This document shows, in pieces, positions 22,255 through 35,617 of a stretch of DNA of 64,000 bases. Positions within the stretch are counted from its first letter, which is position 1. Every line of letters starts with the position of its first letter. This stretch comes from Octopus sinensis. Its lineage: Eukaryota. Location: the NCBI RefSeq assembly GCF_006345805.1, contig NW_021832837.1, positions 34,299-98,298 of the forward strand, read 5' to 3'. The position numbers and the translations under genes are program-made. Below the pieces are notes generated by a model, which did no database searches, had not been told where the DNA came from, and was given only the letters and a program-made list of their open reading frames with translations.

Positions 22255-24110
22255 TGTCACATGGGTGATCAGACCCCTATGGGCAACCTGGCCTTTACGT
22301 GTTTCCACGGCAACTACATAGCAAATATTTACTAAAAGGCCAACTAAAATAAAGGCAATCGATCCGAACTAATGATTGAACTTTAAATTTTTGAGAAAAT
22401 GATGTTTTATATTTGAACCATGCTTGCTTTAAAATAATAAAATTCTTTACAACATAGCAAATTATAACGTGAATTATTTTTATTTTTGATAATATAAATT
22501 GCAACATTAGCAAATTATAATTTACATCAAATTTTTTGCAAGTTTGTAACAACTTTAACTCTAACTTTAACCCAAACCCTAACGTTGGCAAGTGACAACA
22601 TAAATATTCAAAATCTAACCCTAACCTTAATCCAAACCCTAACGTTGGCAAGTGACAACATAATATTCAAAATCTAACCCTAACCTTAATCCAAACCCTA
22701 ACGTTGGCAAGTGACAACATAAATATTCAAAATCTAAACCCTAACCTAATCCAAACCCTAACGTTGGCAAGTGACAACATAAATATTCAAAATCTAACCC
22801 TAACCTTATCCAAACCCTAACGTTGCAAGTGACAACATAAATATTCAAAATCTAACCCTAACCTTAATCCAAACCCTAACGTTGGCAAGTGACAACATAA
22901 ATATTCAAAATCTAACCCTAACCTTAATCCAAACCCTAACGTTGGCAAGTGACACATAAATATTCAAAATCTAACCCTAACCTTAATCCAAACCCTAACG
23001 TTGGCAAGTGACAACATAAATATTCAAAATCTAACCCTAACCTTAATCCAAACCCTAACGTTGGCAAGTGACAACATAAATATCAAAATCTAACCCTAAC
23101 CTTAATCCAAACCCTAACGTTGGCAAGTGACAACATAAATGTTCAAAATCTAACCCTAACCTTAACCCAAACCTAACGTTGGCAAGTGACAACATAAATA
23201 TTCAAAATCTACCCTAACCTTAATCCAAACCCTAACGTTGCAAGTGACAACATAAATATTCAAAATCTAACCCTAACCTTAATCCAAACCCTAACGTTGG
23301 CAAGTGACAACATAATGTTCAAAATCTAAACCCTAACCTTAACCCAACCCTAACGTTGGCAAGTGACAACATAAATATTCAAAATCTAACCCTAACCTTA
23401 ATCCAAACCCTAACGTTGCAAGTGACAACATAAATATTCAAAATCTAACCCTAACCTTAATCCAAACCCTAACGTGGCAAGTGACAACATAAATATTCAA
23501 AATCTAACCCTAACCTTAATCCAAACCCTAACGTTGGCAAGTGACAACATAAATATTCAAAATCTAACCCTAACCTTAATCCAACCCTAACGTTGGCAAG
23601 TGACAACATAAATGTTCAAAATCTAAACCCTAACCTTAACCCAAACCCTAACGTTGGCAAGTGCCAACATAAATATTCAAAATCTAACCCTGACCTTAAC
23701 CCAAACCCTAACTCGAAATTAAATGATGTTTCTGCTGACGATTCTTCAGACATTTTTTACAAAAATTGGAAGCCTTTTTGGCCAACCGGTGTTTGCTTCG
23801 AGCTTCATATCCTCCGGGAATATCCCGATTAACGCTTCCTTAATTTGATTGTATTCGTTAATATTTCTGACGTAACCCTTAAACCCAGACATCACAAAGT
23901 GTGAGTAACCACGCTGTTAAAATTAATATACTTTTGGGTAAGCCATTTTTAAAAGATAATTCAAATGTAATTTTAAATTAGAATAATTGATTAATCTACA
24001 CTCTTCCATATATAAATTGCTATATTCAATATTTAATACCTTTTCTGCGGTTTCCATAGAAACACGTAAAAGGACTGGCTGCCCATAGCGACATAGTCGC
24101 CCATGTGACA
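22255..24110 (-). mobile_element. Non-autonomous Ginger-like element carrying a satellite array (copy 3)
   Basis: ~60-bp imperfect TIRs TGTCACATGG...CCATGTGACA, TSD TATTA (22250-22254 / 24111-24115). Transposase N-terminus MSGFKGYVRNINEY..FPED from 23892 (-), homologous to copy 1. Confidence 0.85.
22553..23712. repeat. 60-bp satellite, 19 copies, half composed of degenerate CCCTAA hexamers
   Basis: Unit CTAACCCTAACCTTAATCCAAACCCTAACG-TTGGCAAGTGACAACATAAATATTCAAAAT. Confidence 0.97.
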
Positions 24111-24686
24111 TATTATCAGTTTTAAAAAACGTTGAAGAAGGCGACAACAAAAAATTTGTGAATAATTTATTTAATTATCTACTCTAATCTGAAATTGAGG
24201 AAACTCAAAATTAGATTTTGATAATTCCAATTTTTTTAGTTTCTTCAGCTTACTTGCTTTTCTCCCTTCGTCTTATAAAAGAGTCTACAAGCAATTTAAA
24301 ATATCTTGCAGGCTAAGTTTAGGCTTGTAAGCAAATCATCTTATACATGAAAAAAATACGGTAATTTTTATTTTAGAACTCACACACTAATGTGGATTGA
24401 TTTAAAAAAAATAATAATAGGAAAATTTAGAGACTGCTCATTTATTACTAAATATTTTGACTTAGTCGGGGTGTAGCCTTTAAAAAATGTCATTAACTGT
24501 ATCAGACATTCGTCATTGTGTTAAGATGACAATATACAAAACAATTTTTTCATTTTTATTTTTAAAAAATAAGGTGAGTTTATCAATTTATTTTGGATTG
24601 GTAAAATTTATTTGAGAATAAAATTATTTTGATATATATTAATTGTAGAAAAATAATCAAACTGATTAAATATAATAATAGATTTT

Positions 24687-27267
24687 TTGACGAAAAACAA
24701 GATTATGTCAGTTGTAATCACGGAATATCCATTGAGAGTATCTATTTTAAAAACTATCGACTATTTATCTGCACTTTTGGAACATAAAATCGATAGCGAA
24801 ATCTCTAAGATTGTCAAAAAGTCTTCACAAAAATTAATTTCTGATATTTCTACATTATCTGAGCTTATTTACTACGAACATCACGGAAATAAAAATGTAG
24901 CTTCTCTAATGTATTTCATACACGATAAATTTGAGAAAACCGAGAGGATTTGGCTATGAACTCAATAATAAACTCGCTATTTTAATTGAGTGGGTTGATG
25001 AGGTCACTGTATTTGAAAGAAGTAAAATTGAGATCAAACTGGTTAAAAATCATCTGGAAAGACTAAAAAACAGTTTTCAAGTATTTATAATTTTAATTTA
25101 TATTTGGCCTTCTTTATTATTCTTAACGAAGCTGTAAATGAGCATGAGAAAAATGATCGGTTAAAATTACTTGTCATTCAATACTGAAATTATATTATTT
25201 ATTTTTAAATATCAATTAGGAATCTTCATGATTTATCCGAGGATACAGATTTTACAGATTTGGAGTCAGAGTCAAAGCAAATTGACAGAGATAATACCAT
25301 AAAAAACAAAGTTTATGATTCAGTAATAAAAGTGAAATTAAATGAATCATCAAAATCGAACGGTGATGACTATTTTGAAGTTGTTGATGATCAGATTTCT
25401 TCCCAGTATCTTCAAGGGAAAGATTCGGCTTGTATTCAATAATATAATAATAATAATATTTCAGACCACGGTTCCTTATCTGGTTTATCTTTTGAAGACA
25501 ACAACACAGAGGAAATTATCGAATCAATGTGTTATAAAGGTTTCAAATACTCAATTATCAGTTAAAGCTAAGAAAGAAAGTTGTTCATACATTTCTCTTT
25601 ATCATGACTTATATAAAAATGAGGATTTAGATGGAACTAGCTTTAGCTGTATAATAGTCTATTTTATTTTGTAGACGAAGGTTTGTATGCATGGAATATG
25701 CACAAATATGTCAACATCATTGAAATGAAACCAGCAAAATTGTTATCTGGTCGTTATTTACTTCCAAACGTATTTATACTTTTTAATCGACTCAGAATAC
25801 ATCAGAAGAGGAATCATCATCAGCTAAAAAGGATTCTTTTAAGTATCTCACTAAAGAATCACTACAGAAATCAATTTTATATTGTAAAAATGGGGTTAGA
25901 AAACTGATTTTAGCTTTTCTTACAGATTGAAGTACAATCAGGACCGATTGACGCTATTATAATTTTGGCTACCATATCAGACTCCCAAGGTTTTATAAAA
26001 TTGAATTTTATTAGTAGATTGTGATACTTTTTTGTTAACATTCAAAAGAACATACAGAAATTTTATCAGCACATATAAACTCATTAAAAAAATACAAATG
26101 CAGTATTTTCTATTACTAGATGCTATTAAAAACGATTGCAAATGCTCGGATAATAGTCCAAACAAAACAATTGAATTGCTTATTTCAATTTTCGACGATA
26201 TTGCGTATAATTTTAAATATTTTGAAAATTTATTTAGTTTTTCAGAAATTGACTCTGATTTGATTCGATTAGTGACCAATTTTACTCACACACTCATATT
26301 TTTTGGAAGATTCTATCAAGCTAACGCAGTCCGAAATGCTTATGAACTCAAAATATTGGATTCCAATATAAATAGTCCTCAAAAAATCTACCAGGACTTA
26401 ATTCGCAGTTCTTCTCTTACAAGAACGCGGACTTTTTGTCAGCGAGTAATCAATACGCTGATTCCATGGTTATCCACAATTTTTTTAATTATCTTCCGAT
26501 AGTGAAGGAATTCTTCTATATCATTCACAAGACATTGCAAAACAAATGACACTCCGGGACTGGGATTTGTTCAAATCCATAACTCCTGTTGACATATATG
26601 ACTGGTTTTTCCGCCAGAATGTAGTAACTAATTACTTTCCGAAAGTTGCTTACTTTGTCGACACATTCGAATCAATTTCCCTTTGGTTAGTTACTCAATC
26701 TCGCTCACTATAGGTGTGTGAGTTTAATACTTAGTGGACAGACTAATTATATTCGTCAAAGACTTATTAGAAAGTTTATAAAAATCGCAAAAGTTTTTTT
26801 ATTTGTTATTTTAGTGTTTATTCGAGCTTCATAACCTCCACTCTTATTTATCTATTTTATATGCATTGACCACTCCTGATGTTTCTGATATTGACATACC
26901 TTTAGAACTATCTAAGAAAATTCAAACACTCACAAAGTCTCTTGAATATCCCTGGTTTTATGAATATGATGCTATGATTAAGTTCAGTGGGACTCGACCT
27001 GTTGTTGTTCATTTGTTAGTTGATTTGTTTTAATTTCAAAGTGGAGTAATTTTGAGTGCATTGAGTCTGTTGAAGGGAAAAACAGCCGATGGGATGTGCA
27101 ATTTTAAAAATTGTTATGCTCAAGTAAAAATTTTTGACGATCTAAAAGTACTTCAAAGCAGGTTAAATCACTTTAATATGATTAGAAAATATCACATCGA
27201 GTGGAACCAAAACATGGAATCAATTTTAAAGGGAATAAACCCGACAACGTTAATTAGCTTGAGTTGA
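24687..27267 (+). CDS. RAPGEF1: RasGEF (REM + CDC25 domains), C3G/RAPGEF1-like; start uncertain
   Basis: REM: VQSGPIDAIIILAT..FLLTFKRTYRNFISTYKLIKKIQMQY. CDC25: SQDIAKQMTLRDWDLFKSI, LHNLHSYLSILYAL, GMCNFK. Micro-introns throughout. Confidence 0.7.
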
Positions 27268-27810
27268 CTTATTTAAAATAATTAATCAGATTTCGTTAAC
27301 ATTATGACATTTAACAACGAGTTACATAATAGGAAACTATTTCTTTAGGAATCAATTTTGTTTAAAAACAAAAAACGTTTGAAAACTTGAAAATAAAGGC
27401 TAATTTCTAAGCTTCTTCTAGAGGTGTCTATTTTTATTAAACGTCAGAGTTATATAAACACCACGTCTGACTATTTTAAAATACAACTAGAACAAGTAAA
27501 AGGTTTTTGCATTTGATCGAAGGCATTTTAAATTTACAAGATCTTCAGATCATAACTTATTCAAGATGAGCTGCATAAATTAAAAATAGAAATAAATCAC
27601 CTTCTACGATATAGTGTTTAATTGGTTATACAATGATTTATTATATCTGAAAAAATTAATTAAAAAAATTCGCAATTATCATTAATGATGTCATTTAAAA
27701 TTGCGTCCAATCCTGTACTTATAATAAATAGTCTGCTAATAAATTCAAATTTTTCAATATCATTCTGTTTCCTGAAGTACTATCACAATTTAATTATAAA
27801 TAGTCAAAAA

Positions 27811-28192
27811 ATGGACGTCTCGGCATTTATATTGAAAAGACAGATGATATATAACCAGCCAATGTTGAATATAATTAAAGAACAGATTGAAAAATATGTC
27901 AATGTTCTTATTATAAAAACAAAAATGAGCTTCAAAGTCGAGGTAAATGTTTAAACGTGAAATAATAAATTTTTACAGGAAGCAGTCCCCAAATATTATG
28001 TTATTTCAAAGTATATGTTATTAATATATGTTTGTAGATTTAAAATTTCAGAAAATCTGGGAAAATTTCAAGACTTTATTACTGACAATAACATTGAAGA
28101 TCTGCTAAAACAGCTATACCAACAAAAACTAAAAAACGAACTAATCCAGCAGTCTAATTTTCTCAAAAATAGGGTTCCTCTAATAACATAAT
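27811..28192 (+). CDS. Small hypothetical protein (~105 aa, 2+ micro-introns)
   Basis: Open frame MDVSAFILKRQ..KVE|EAVPKYYVIS|KFKISEN..RVPLIT* across two GT-AG introns. No recognisable domain; 3' end uncertain. Confidence 0.4.
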
Positions 28193-28544
28193 TGACTAAT
28201 CAAATATATACTATCTAGTTACTTTAAATAATATCGTTTTAGAATGATTTTGTTGTTTATGTTATTTTGGGATAATATATTTCTTTTCGGGATAATATCA
28301 AAATAAATACATAGATGGTATAATCTTTTGAATCATTTAAAAAAATAAAAAAAATTTCCGAATTAGCACTGGAAGTATTGAAAGTATCGAATTCAGTGTT
28401 AATAAGAATTTTTATAACATTATAAGTTCAATGTCTTGGTTTCTAGTTTCAATAATTATAATAATTTGAAGAGAATACAAAATATAAATAAGTTACTCTC
28501 CATTAAATAAGTCAATAATTATCGATCGAGAGGTCCTTAACGAC

Positions 28545-30535
28545 ACGCCATTGTTTTCACGGTTCTCAAAAAATGACTTTAGAATAAACTAATAAATTTC
28601 AAATTAAATAATGAAGTTCAGCTTTTTTAATTGGTACTCAATTCTGTAGACATAATATTTCACAAACAGTTATTATTAATAGCAACTGACGTCGAACATA
28701 ATAGTTATATTTCCACACGTGTGACATTTGAAACGATTTTCTTAATAATTCTTGTCCATCTTCTTCTGTTGCATGCCAAACTTCTCATTGCGTCCAGATC
28801 ATTCCCATTTTTAAGTCTGCGGTTGATTGACTTGAGGTCAGCATTCAACACCTCTGGTAGTGTAATACGTGGGCGCTCCGAAATTTTTTCCATTTGTGGT
28901 AAAATATTCTTCCATAGCCAAATTTGCGGGTGACGTCGGGTCCATCCGTAGGACCTGTCTGAACAGTCTCCAACGGACCTCTATCACATCCCAAATAACA
29001 GGCGCGCTCAACATTTACGGTAAAGTACCCATTGTTGATCTGTGTCGGCTATACGCAGTTGCTTTCGGTGGAAGGAGTTAAGATTTTTAATTTCTGAAGC
29101 AGAGATCCCCCAACAGGAGGAGTCGTATAGCAAGAAAGGTTTTGCTTGACTGAAAAAAATATAATAAATTGTAGAGGCGCAAGCGAAGAGCAGTCGTTGC
29201 TGGCCTGTTAACCACCCAATCCGTTTTCAGCCTGTTCAACGCGGCCGTCGATAGTACTTTCCTCCGGGTTATGTCCTCGCTATCTCCGAGGAGTTAGTCA
29301 AGTTTTCTGGAACGTCTCTATTCTCATCCAATCTTGAACCCATACGTGCGATTTCCGTAATTTCAGTTTTAGTTGTATTCACGGTAAGAAACCTTTTCCC
29401 AAGCTCTGCTGGGGCAACATCAAGTAACCGCCTCAAGGCTGCTGTATCGTAATACAAAGTCCACATCGTCCTTGTATACAATTTCGGTGATTTGTCTGTG
29501 ATAAAAGGGTCTAAGATCACGTAGTGCCGCCTAAAAGTATATCACGAACAGCAGAGGGAGTTAATCCCTGGAATTTTGGTCGCACTCTCAAATCTTTGGC
29601 AAGTAGCACTATAATACCTACATCAGCAGTAGATCTAGCCGTCCTGAATCCACTGTAACTCGTAGACAGGAATTCGTTCGCAGGCTCTTGTAAACGGTCC
29701 AGCATCATCATAGCAAAGACTTTTCTTATCGTATTGAGTAGAATGACAGGTCGCAGGTTATCCACAGGGTCCGTCTTCTTATTCGGGTTCTGCTTGTAAG
29801 GAGAATTTTCTGACCGTATCCGTTGTGGTCTCTAGCGATAGTCAAAATCTTTCTATTTTGCAGCCATTTCAGAAACATGGGGATGGCATTGGTTTTTACA
29901 TCATGCATTGTACGACCTCCTCCCAATGTGAGCGTCTGTGGCCATGTGAATTCTTTTCGTTGTATGCGTCCAGATGACTTTTGGAGAAAGGTCGGTCTCT
30001 ATTGCTTGTAGATAATGTTTCATAGAATTTTGATAGATATTTCGGGTGGTATTGAAGAGGATAATTCCTTAACTTAGTATCCTCGTCGTTTGACCTGATA
30101 AGGCTTTGCCTCTGAAGTGCGTACAAAACGACTTCTAATATCAAACAGGGCAACGATCTTGTGGTCACTTTCCAAGATGCCCCTTCCGTAAGACCTCGAG
30201 TCCCGTAATAGTGTTCTGTCTTTCTGTTTGCAAAGAATGTAGTCGATCTAATTATGAATCGTTACGTGGTCTCCAGACTCGTTTTTTCGGCAGACTGTCC
30301 AAGTGAACTTATGTCGTGCAGCATGCGCAAACGCAGAGTTACACAGAAATAGGCCAAACGTTCGGCAGAAGTTTATCAACATAGCCACCAGGAGGTTCCT
30401 TATCCCTCTTCCGTGTCTGCCGATAGTGATCTTATGTTCTCGACGTACTCCTGCTTTAGCATTCCAGTCTTCTGCAATGAAGACTAGAAAGGACGATTCT
30501 AGTTCGGTTCGTCCGGATTTTTGGAGACCCGTCAA
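28545..30535 (-). mobile_element. RTE-like LINE (APE-RT), internally deleted and decayed
   Basis: APE (DWNAK.G..IGRHGRG.RN, IDYIL, SDH), RT start (NLRPVILLN..RKVF, GFR..RSTAD) and C-terminus GRPRITLP..NR..W. Confidence 0.85.
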
Positions 30536-31300
30536 GAGCAATTGTCTTTCGAAGTGGTTGTCAATTGCATTGAACATTTCGATTGAGTTTCCGTTTGTTT
30601 TCCTATGTTCGTCGTGCACAGCCAGTTTTGTTTTCTGCTGTCGACGACACAGTAGCTTGATGGCCACGTATATATCTGTGCACCATCCTTCAAGTCTTCA
30701 GCTTCTGATATTTGACAGTTTCATAAAGTTTTCACGTATTTGAAATTTTTCTGCTTGATTGTTCTTGATATTTTTTTACGTTCTCTGCTGAGTTTTTTTG
30801 CTTCCTGGTTGTTGTTACTTTCCATTTTCATTTGAATGGCCTTTTGGTCTTCGCCATATCTGAAATATTTTGATTCAACAAGTTTAAGTGACTTTTGTAT
30901 GGAGTCATTCCAATAGATTCTTTTGCAGCCTTATGAATAAGTTTTTTCAATATATCCCAGGTTTTGTTTGGATCTCCCTGTCTTTGTTACTGGTAGATTT
31001 TTAATGATTGACAAGGCGTATTTTTCCTTCTTAACATTTAATGTTTTTCCACTGAGTATCTTATCCAGTTTGATTCATTATCTGTTGAAATTGAAAATCG
31101 AAAGAATCTTTTCACTTTTAATCGGGACATAATGACTTTTTGGTCGCTCAGTATAAGTGCTCCACTGTAAGACTTGGCATCCAGCAATCGATGTTTTTCG
31201 TCTGTCTGCAAATGATATAATCAATTTGGTTATAGATGCTGACTTATTTACCATTTTTTGTTTTTCTAGTCCCGGTCCACGTGGTTTTATGACGTGCCCC
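30536..31300 (-). mobile_element. Second RTE-like fragment (APE C-terminus plus linker) abutting the first
   Basis: NQIDYIIC..SYSGA..SDQKVIMSRLKV, then linker to HDE..NHFERQL. Confidence 0.6.
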
Positions 31301-31575
31301 GTGAGAAAAGACCATATTGCATAGCAGTACTTTAAATACCAAATGACCAAACCCTTAAGATAAATATATATTCTGAACTCTTTTTTAAAAAGAATATATT
31401 ATATTAATTGTTAAATGTAAATTAAAATATTGAAATTTTGTAATGGATATCCTAAGATATAAATAATTAATACATTCTTAAAATCAGTATAAGATTAATT
31501 GTTTAGGTATTGTCTTTTAATAGATTATTAATATATATAACATTCTTATCTAACGATCAATTTTATAGACCAAGG

Positions 31576-34298
31576 ATGAATTTTTTAATGCTCTACTGCA
31601 TCTTGGTATGCCAAAAATGTGAATATATTTACATTGTAGATCTTTCCGTTATCCATACTAAATTTTAATTTTATTGTCGACAACGATACTACATTCTACT
31701 TTAAAAAAGATGAAAAGTATCTCATTTTTCAAATTAAATATGCAATTTCTATGGCAATCAAAATCATGCCGGCTTTACATTATAATAATAATAGAATTAT
31801 TAGGGTGTATTAAATTCATACAATTCAATAATTTTGACACTTATTTTTAAGTGACAATTAATTTCTTTTATTTAGGTTCTCTAAACGTCTGGAGATTTCA
31901 AAGGTGTCAACTTTTTTGTACTTATATGGGGTCTTATCATAATTTATTTTTTAAATCTACTCATTCCTGTCTAGACATGTCTAGAAGCCGGTTATTTGAT
32001 TCCAGACGCTTATTCTACTTCCAACCAGGAAAAGCTTAATTTTGAAACTTTCCCAGCTCTTGTTAATTTATGCGAATACTCTCCGAAAGAGTAAGTTTCA
32101 TGAATAATTTTAGCTTTGATGTGTTGAGTCTGGTTGATGGGAGGCTTTACATGAAAAATCAATCTTTAGAAAATCATCAAAAAACTGTATTTGAGACTTA
32201 TTTTGTTAATTTTAAGAGTCATTTGACCAGAAATGTAATTCTCGTGAATAACAGTGCAACTATTAATGGAGGTTATACATTGTTTAAATTTCTTTGATCT
32301 TTTATTATTGACTCGTTGTCAAATTTATAATAACGATCATTCACGATGCATTCTTTATTGTAATTGACGAATTAGATAACCAAGATGAAAGTCTAAAAGT
32401 TCTTTATCGTCTCGATCAAACACCGCAATCAAAGTACATCCATAATGATAAGATGGCCATCCAGATTCGATTAAAATTTATAATTAATTACAATGAAATT
32501 GTATGTTTAATATTCGTTTACTCTTGGGTCAGTGGGTCAACAATCTTAATATTTTTATTTGATCTTATTTTTTTATTTGAATATATTTAAACCATTTAGA
32601 GTTCGAAATACTTTTCAAAATCTAGTTTTTTTCATTATTTTGAAGAAATCATTGCCATTGTGAACTTGGTAAATATTCGAATAAATATTTGTAGTTTAAT
32701 TATCAAGATATAAATACGGTTATAAAGATACAAGATATTTTAAAAACAAATAACTCTTTCTCTTACAGAGAAGACGAAATTCTGTTTTTACAATCTGAGT
32801 TTGAAAAATCATCAGAAACTGACGTCATCGTGTTTGTTAAGTGGTTTTTTTTTCTGAAATTTTTTTTAGTCAAGACAAAACAGAAAACTATGAATGTGAT
32901 TATTCAGTCAGAAATTCCATTTGCACAAAAAGAGCAATCATTTTTATTGATGTAATACAATAATTATGTTGATATTTTTAGATATGCGAGGCAAAGTCAA
33001 CTGTAGAAGTCTCTTATCGTCTTTATCGTTTAATTGATAATATATTATTCGGAGGATTTGCGCGAAATAGGTCCTAAAATAATTTTTAGCTTAATTGAAT
33101 AGATATTTGTTAAGAAAAAGGATAAATGATTGTTTGTATCATAAGACCGTTAAAGTTTGTTTATAAAAAATATTTTAGCCATCTGTTTTATGTGGAAATG
33201 GTGTTGTTGATCGGGGTGAAGAATGTGATTGTTCTTTTAGCAAAGTAATGATTAGATGAATAATAAATTTATAGGAACTTTGCAATTTTTTTGAACCTGA
33301 GTGTAATTTAAAAACTTGTCTGAAACATTCATTAAAGACATGCAACAATTTCCCGAAAGTATTGAAATTATAATATTGGTTTAGTTAATTGAATTGTCTG
33401 TCTCAAATATGACACGAGAAAATCTCTGTCGTCGTTTTCTTGATAGCGGTACAATACTGGCAATTAATTTTGTGTAGAGTTTGCTTTTGAAGCTCCTTCG
33501 AAGTGTTACAATCAACGAAAAGCTGATATTTGCCAATCTAATCCAAATTGCACATCAAAGTTAGGAAGTGTTACAATTTATTAGGAATTTCCATTGTATG
33601 AATATTTTATGTCATAAATCTCATAATGAAATTCCCTGCAAGTAATTGTTGTATGTTCTATTAAAAAATAGAAATTATATTCTTTTCAGGATAACCAATG
33701 AACAATATGGACTCTGCCATGACCTCAGAATTGGTCAAAACAAGATCACGTCTAGTATTAACGACGGTTTTTTTAATTGATTATTTAATCAGAGATTTTA
33801 AAAGATCGGACATCTCTTAGAGTTGACGTTATCGTCGTAACAGGCGCTATCTTGATCATTCTCATAATTATACTTCCTGTTATACTTTTTTTCAAAAAAA
33901 GGTAAAAGTTATCTGTGGGTTACAATAAAGGTTATTTAATAGAAAATCAAATTGGAGCGGTAACGATGGGTTTGTTATAATTTTTCATTAAAGACAATCA
34001 ATGGATTTCTGGTCTGGAAATAATCAACGATATAAATTTGTAACATGCCACAACTATATTGAGGATGTGTTATATTCTGATTTTTCTCAATTGGCTTCGT
34101 ATTTTAAATTCATTAATTGTTCTTAGGCAGACCAACAAAAAAGCAATCAAATGCGATAATTCAAAAATGAAAGTTATTGGAGAAAATGATTTATTTCAAG
34201 TCTTTAATCAGAAAAATGTAGAAAAGTATCAACAACTGCCAGCTTCGATATTTTTCAATGATAATTATGAAGACCGGTCGTTGACTTCTGTTACTTAA
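31576..34298 (+). CDS. ADAM-like type I membrane protein (disintegrin-like), apparently non-catalytic
   Basis: Signal-like MNFLMLYCILIFPLS; CL..KTPSVLCGNGVVDRGEECDC; Cys-rich region; TM VIVVTGAILIILIIILPVILFF-KKR; spliced cytoplasmic tail ending at 34298. Confidence 0.65.
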
Positions 34299-35159
34299 TT
34301 TTCATACAACTTATATATTTATGTTTTATATAAATCCGACTTTATTAATTGCATAGAACTATATAAAATATATCAATTAAGGGAAAATTGAAGATTTAAG
34401 TTTTGTAAGATACTTTTTCATAGTAATAAGATTAGATGGAAATTAGCAGTCACACAATGTTAGAATCTAGAATACACATAACAGGAGCTGGAAGTTATGG
34501 TATTTAAATATTTAAGGCTTTAAAATTTTCAACAACAGGCAAGTTAACATGTTTAAAGACAGTTTTACTCTTGTTAACAAATGACACTTCACTGGCGTTA
34601 CCTGAATAATGACTTACAGTAACATTTAGATCAGCAGTTCTCAACCGTGGTCCCATTCTAAAAAAGATTATGCGTTTCTTAGGTACAATGAGTTTTAAAA
34701 AGTAAAGCAACAATTTAACTAATTGAATTGCTAGGAATTAATGTTTAAAAATATGATTTGTTCTTCGGCTTAATCGTCGCCAAAGTGATTCGGCTTTTGA
34801 TAGGATTAAACTATCAAAAATCTATTCAGGTACCAGAAGAGAACAATTTTATAAAAACACCTTAAAATGACGATGAATGACTTTTTGTTAGTTTTTAGTT
34901 ATGTATTATTTGAAATTACGAAGGAAGATCAACATTTTCAAAATAAATAATAAAAAAGTATGTATTTTATAAAGTATATAAAAAATTGGCACGTTGTGAA
35001 CGTTGTGATGTTTAAAGTTTCTGATAATTATCTCAATATAAAAGCTGTGTATGGCGAAAGACCTAGCAACCTACTCTGTATCTAATTGCCAATAAATCAT
35101 GTAAGCAAACTCTCCTACGACCTAATTGGTTGCAAAGTCATTCTCAAACATCCTATCTT

Positions 35160-35300
35160 GAGTCTTTATCACACAGAATCTCACAAGTTGGCAACGTGGA
35201 TCGAAAGAGGCCTACCCAAGAGAAGTCGTAAAAAGGGAAATTAGAAGCTTTGATATTGACCTGCTTGGAGTAAAGGAGCTTCACTGGATTGATAGTGATT
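35160..35300 (+). mobile_element. RTE-like APE N-terminal remnant
   Basis: KLATW...REIRSFDIDLLGVKELHW. Confidence 0.35.
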
Positions 35301-35617
35301 TTTCTAGTTCTGATGATTTTGTCATATATTTTTTTATATATTATTCTGATTTCTCAAAATTGCGAGTTATTGGGAGAGGTGGAGATAATTTGCTTATGAG
35401 ATCTCCAAGGGTCGGACATAACTTAATTTGATAATTTTACTTGTCAGATAAGCCATTTTTGCAAAACGAAGCGGATATGATTGATAATTAGTCCAATTCC
35501 ATAAAAGGAAAAAAATAATTAGATTTAGAAGACATTATATTTTATTTAAATAAATAATTAGTTTTCTTTATAGTAAATCAAAAATAAAGACACGTTTCCA
35601 AGGGTTTTTTAAGTAAT

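Noticed and set aside
22553-23712. CRISPR-like array, true telomere, or coding repeat (open 20-aa frames; ORFs 22295-22651 and 23593-23832)
   Set aside because: The spacers are identical rather than unique and the context is eukaryotic. The array is internal, bounded by TIRs and not pure TTAGGG. Open frames are a by-product of a 60-bp unit and are broken by indels.
30303-30743. 146-aa plus-strand ORF
   Set aside because: Antisense shadow of the RTE-like APE region.
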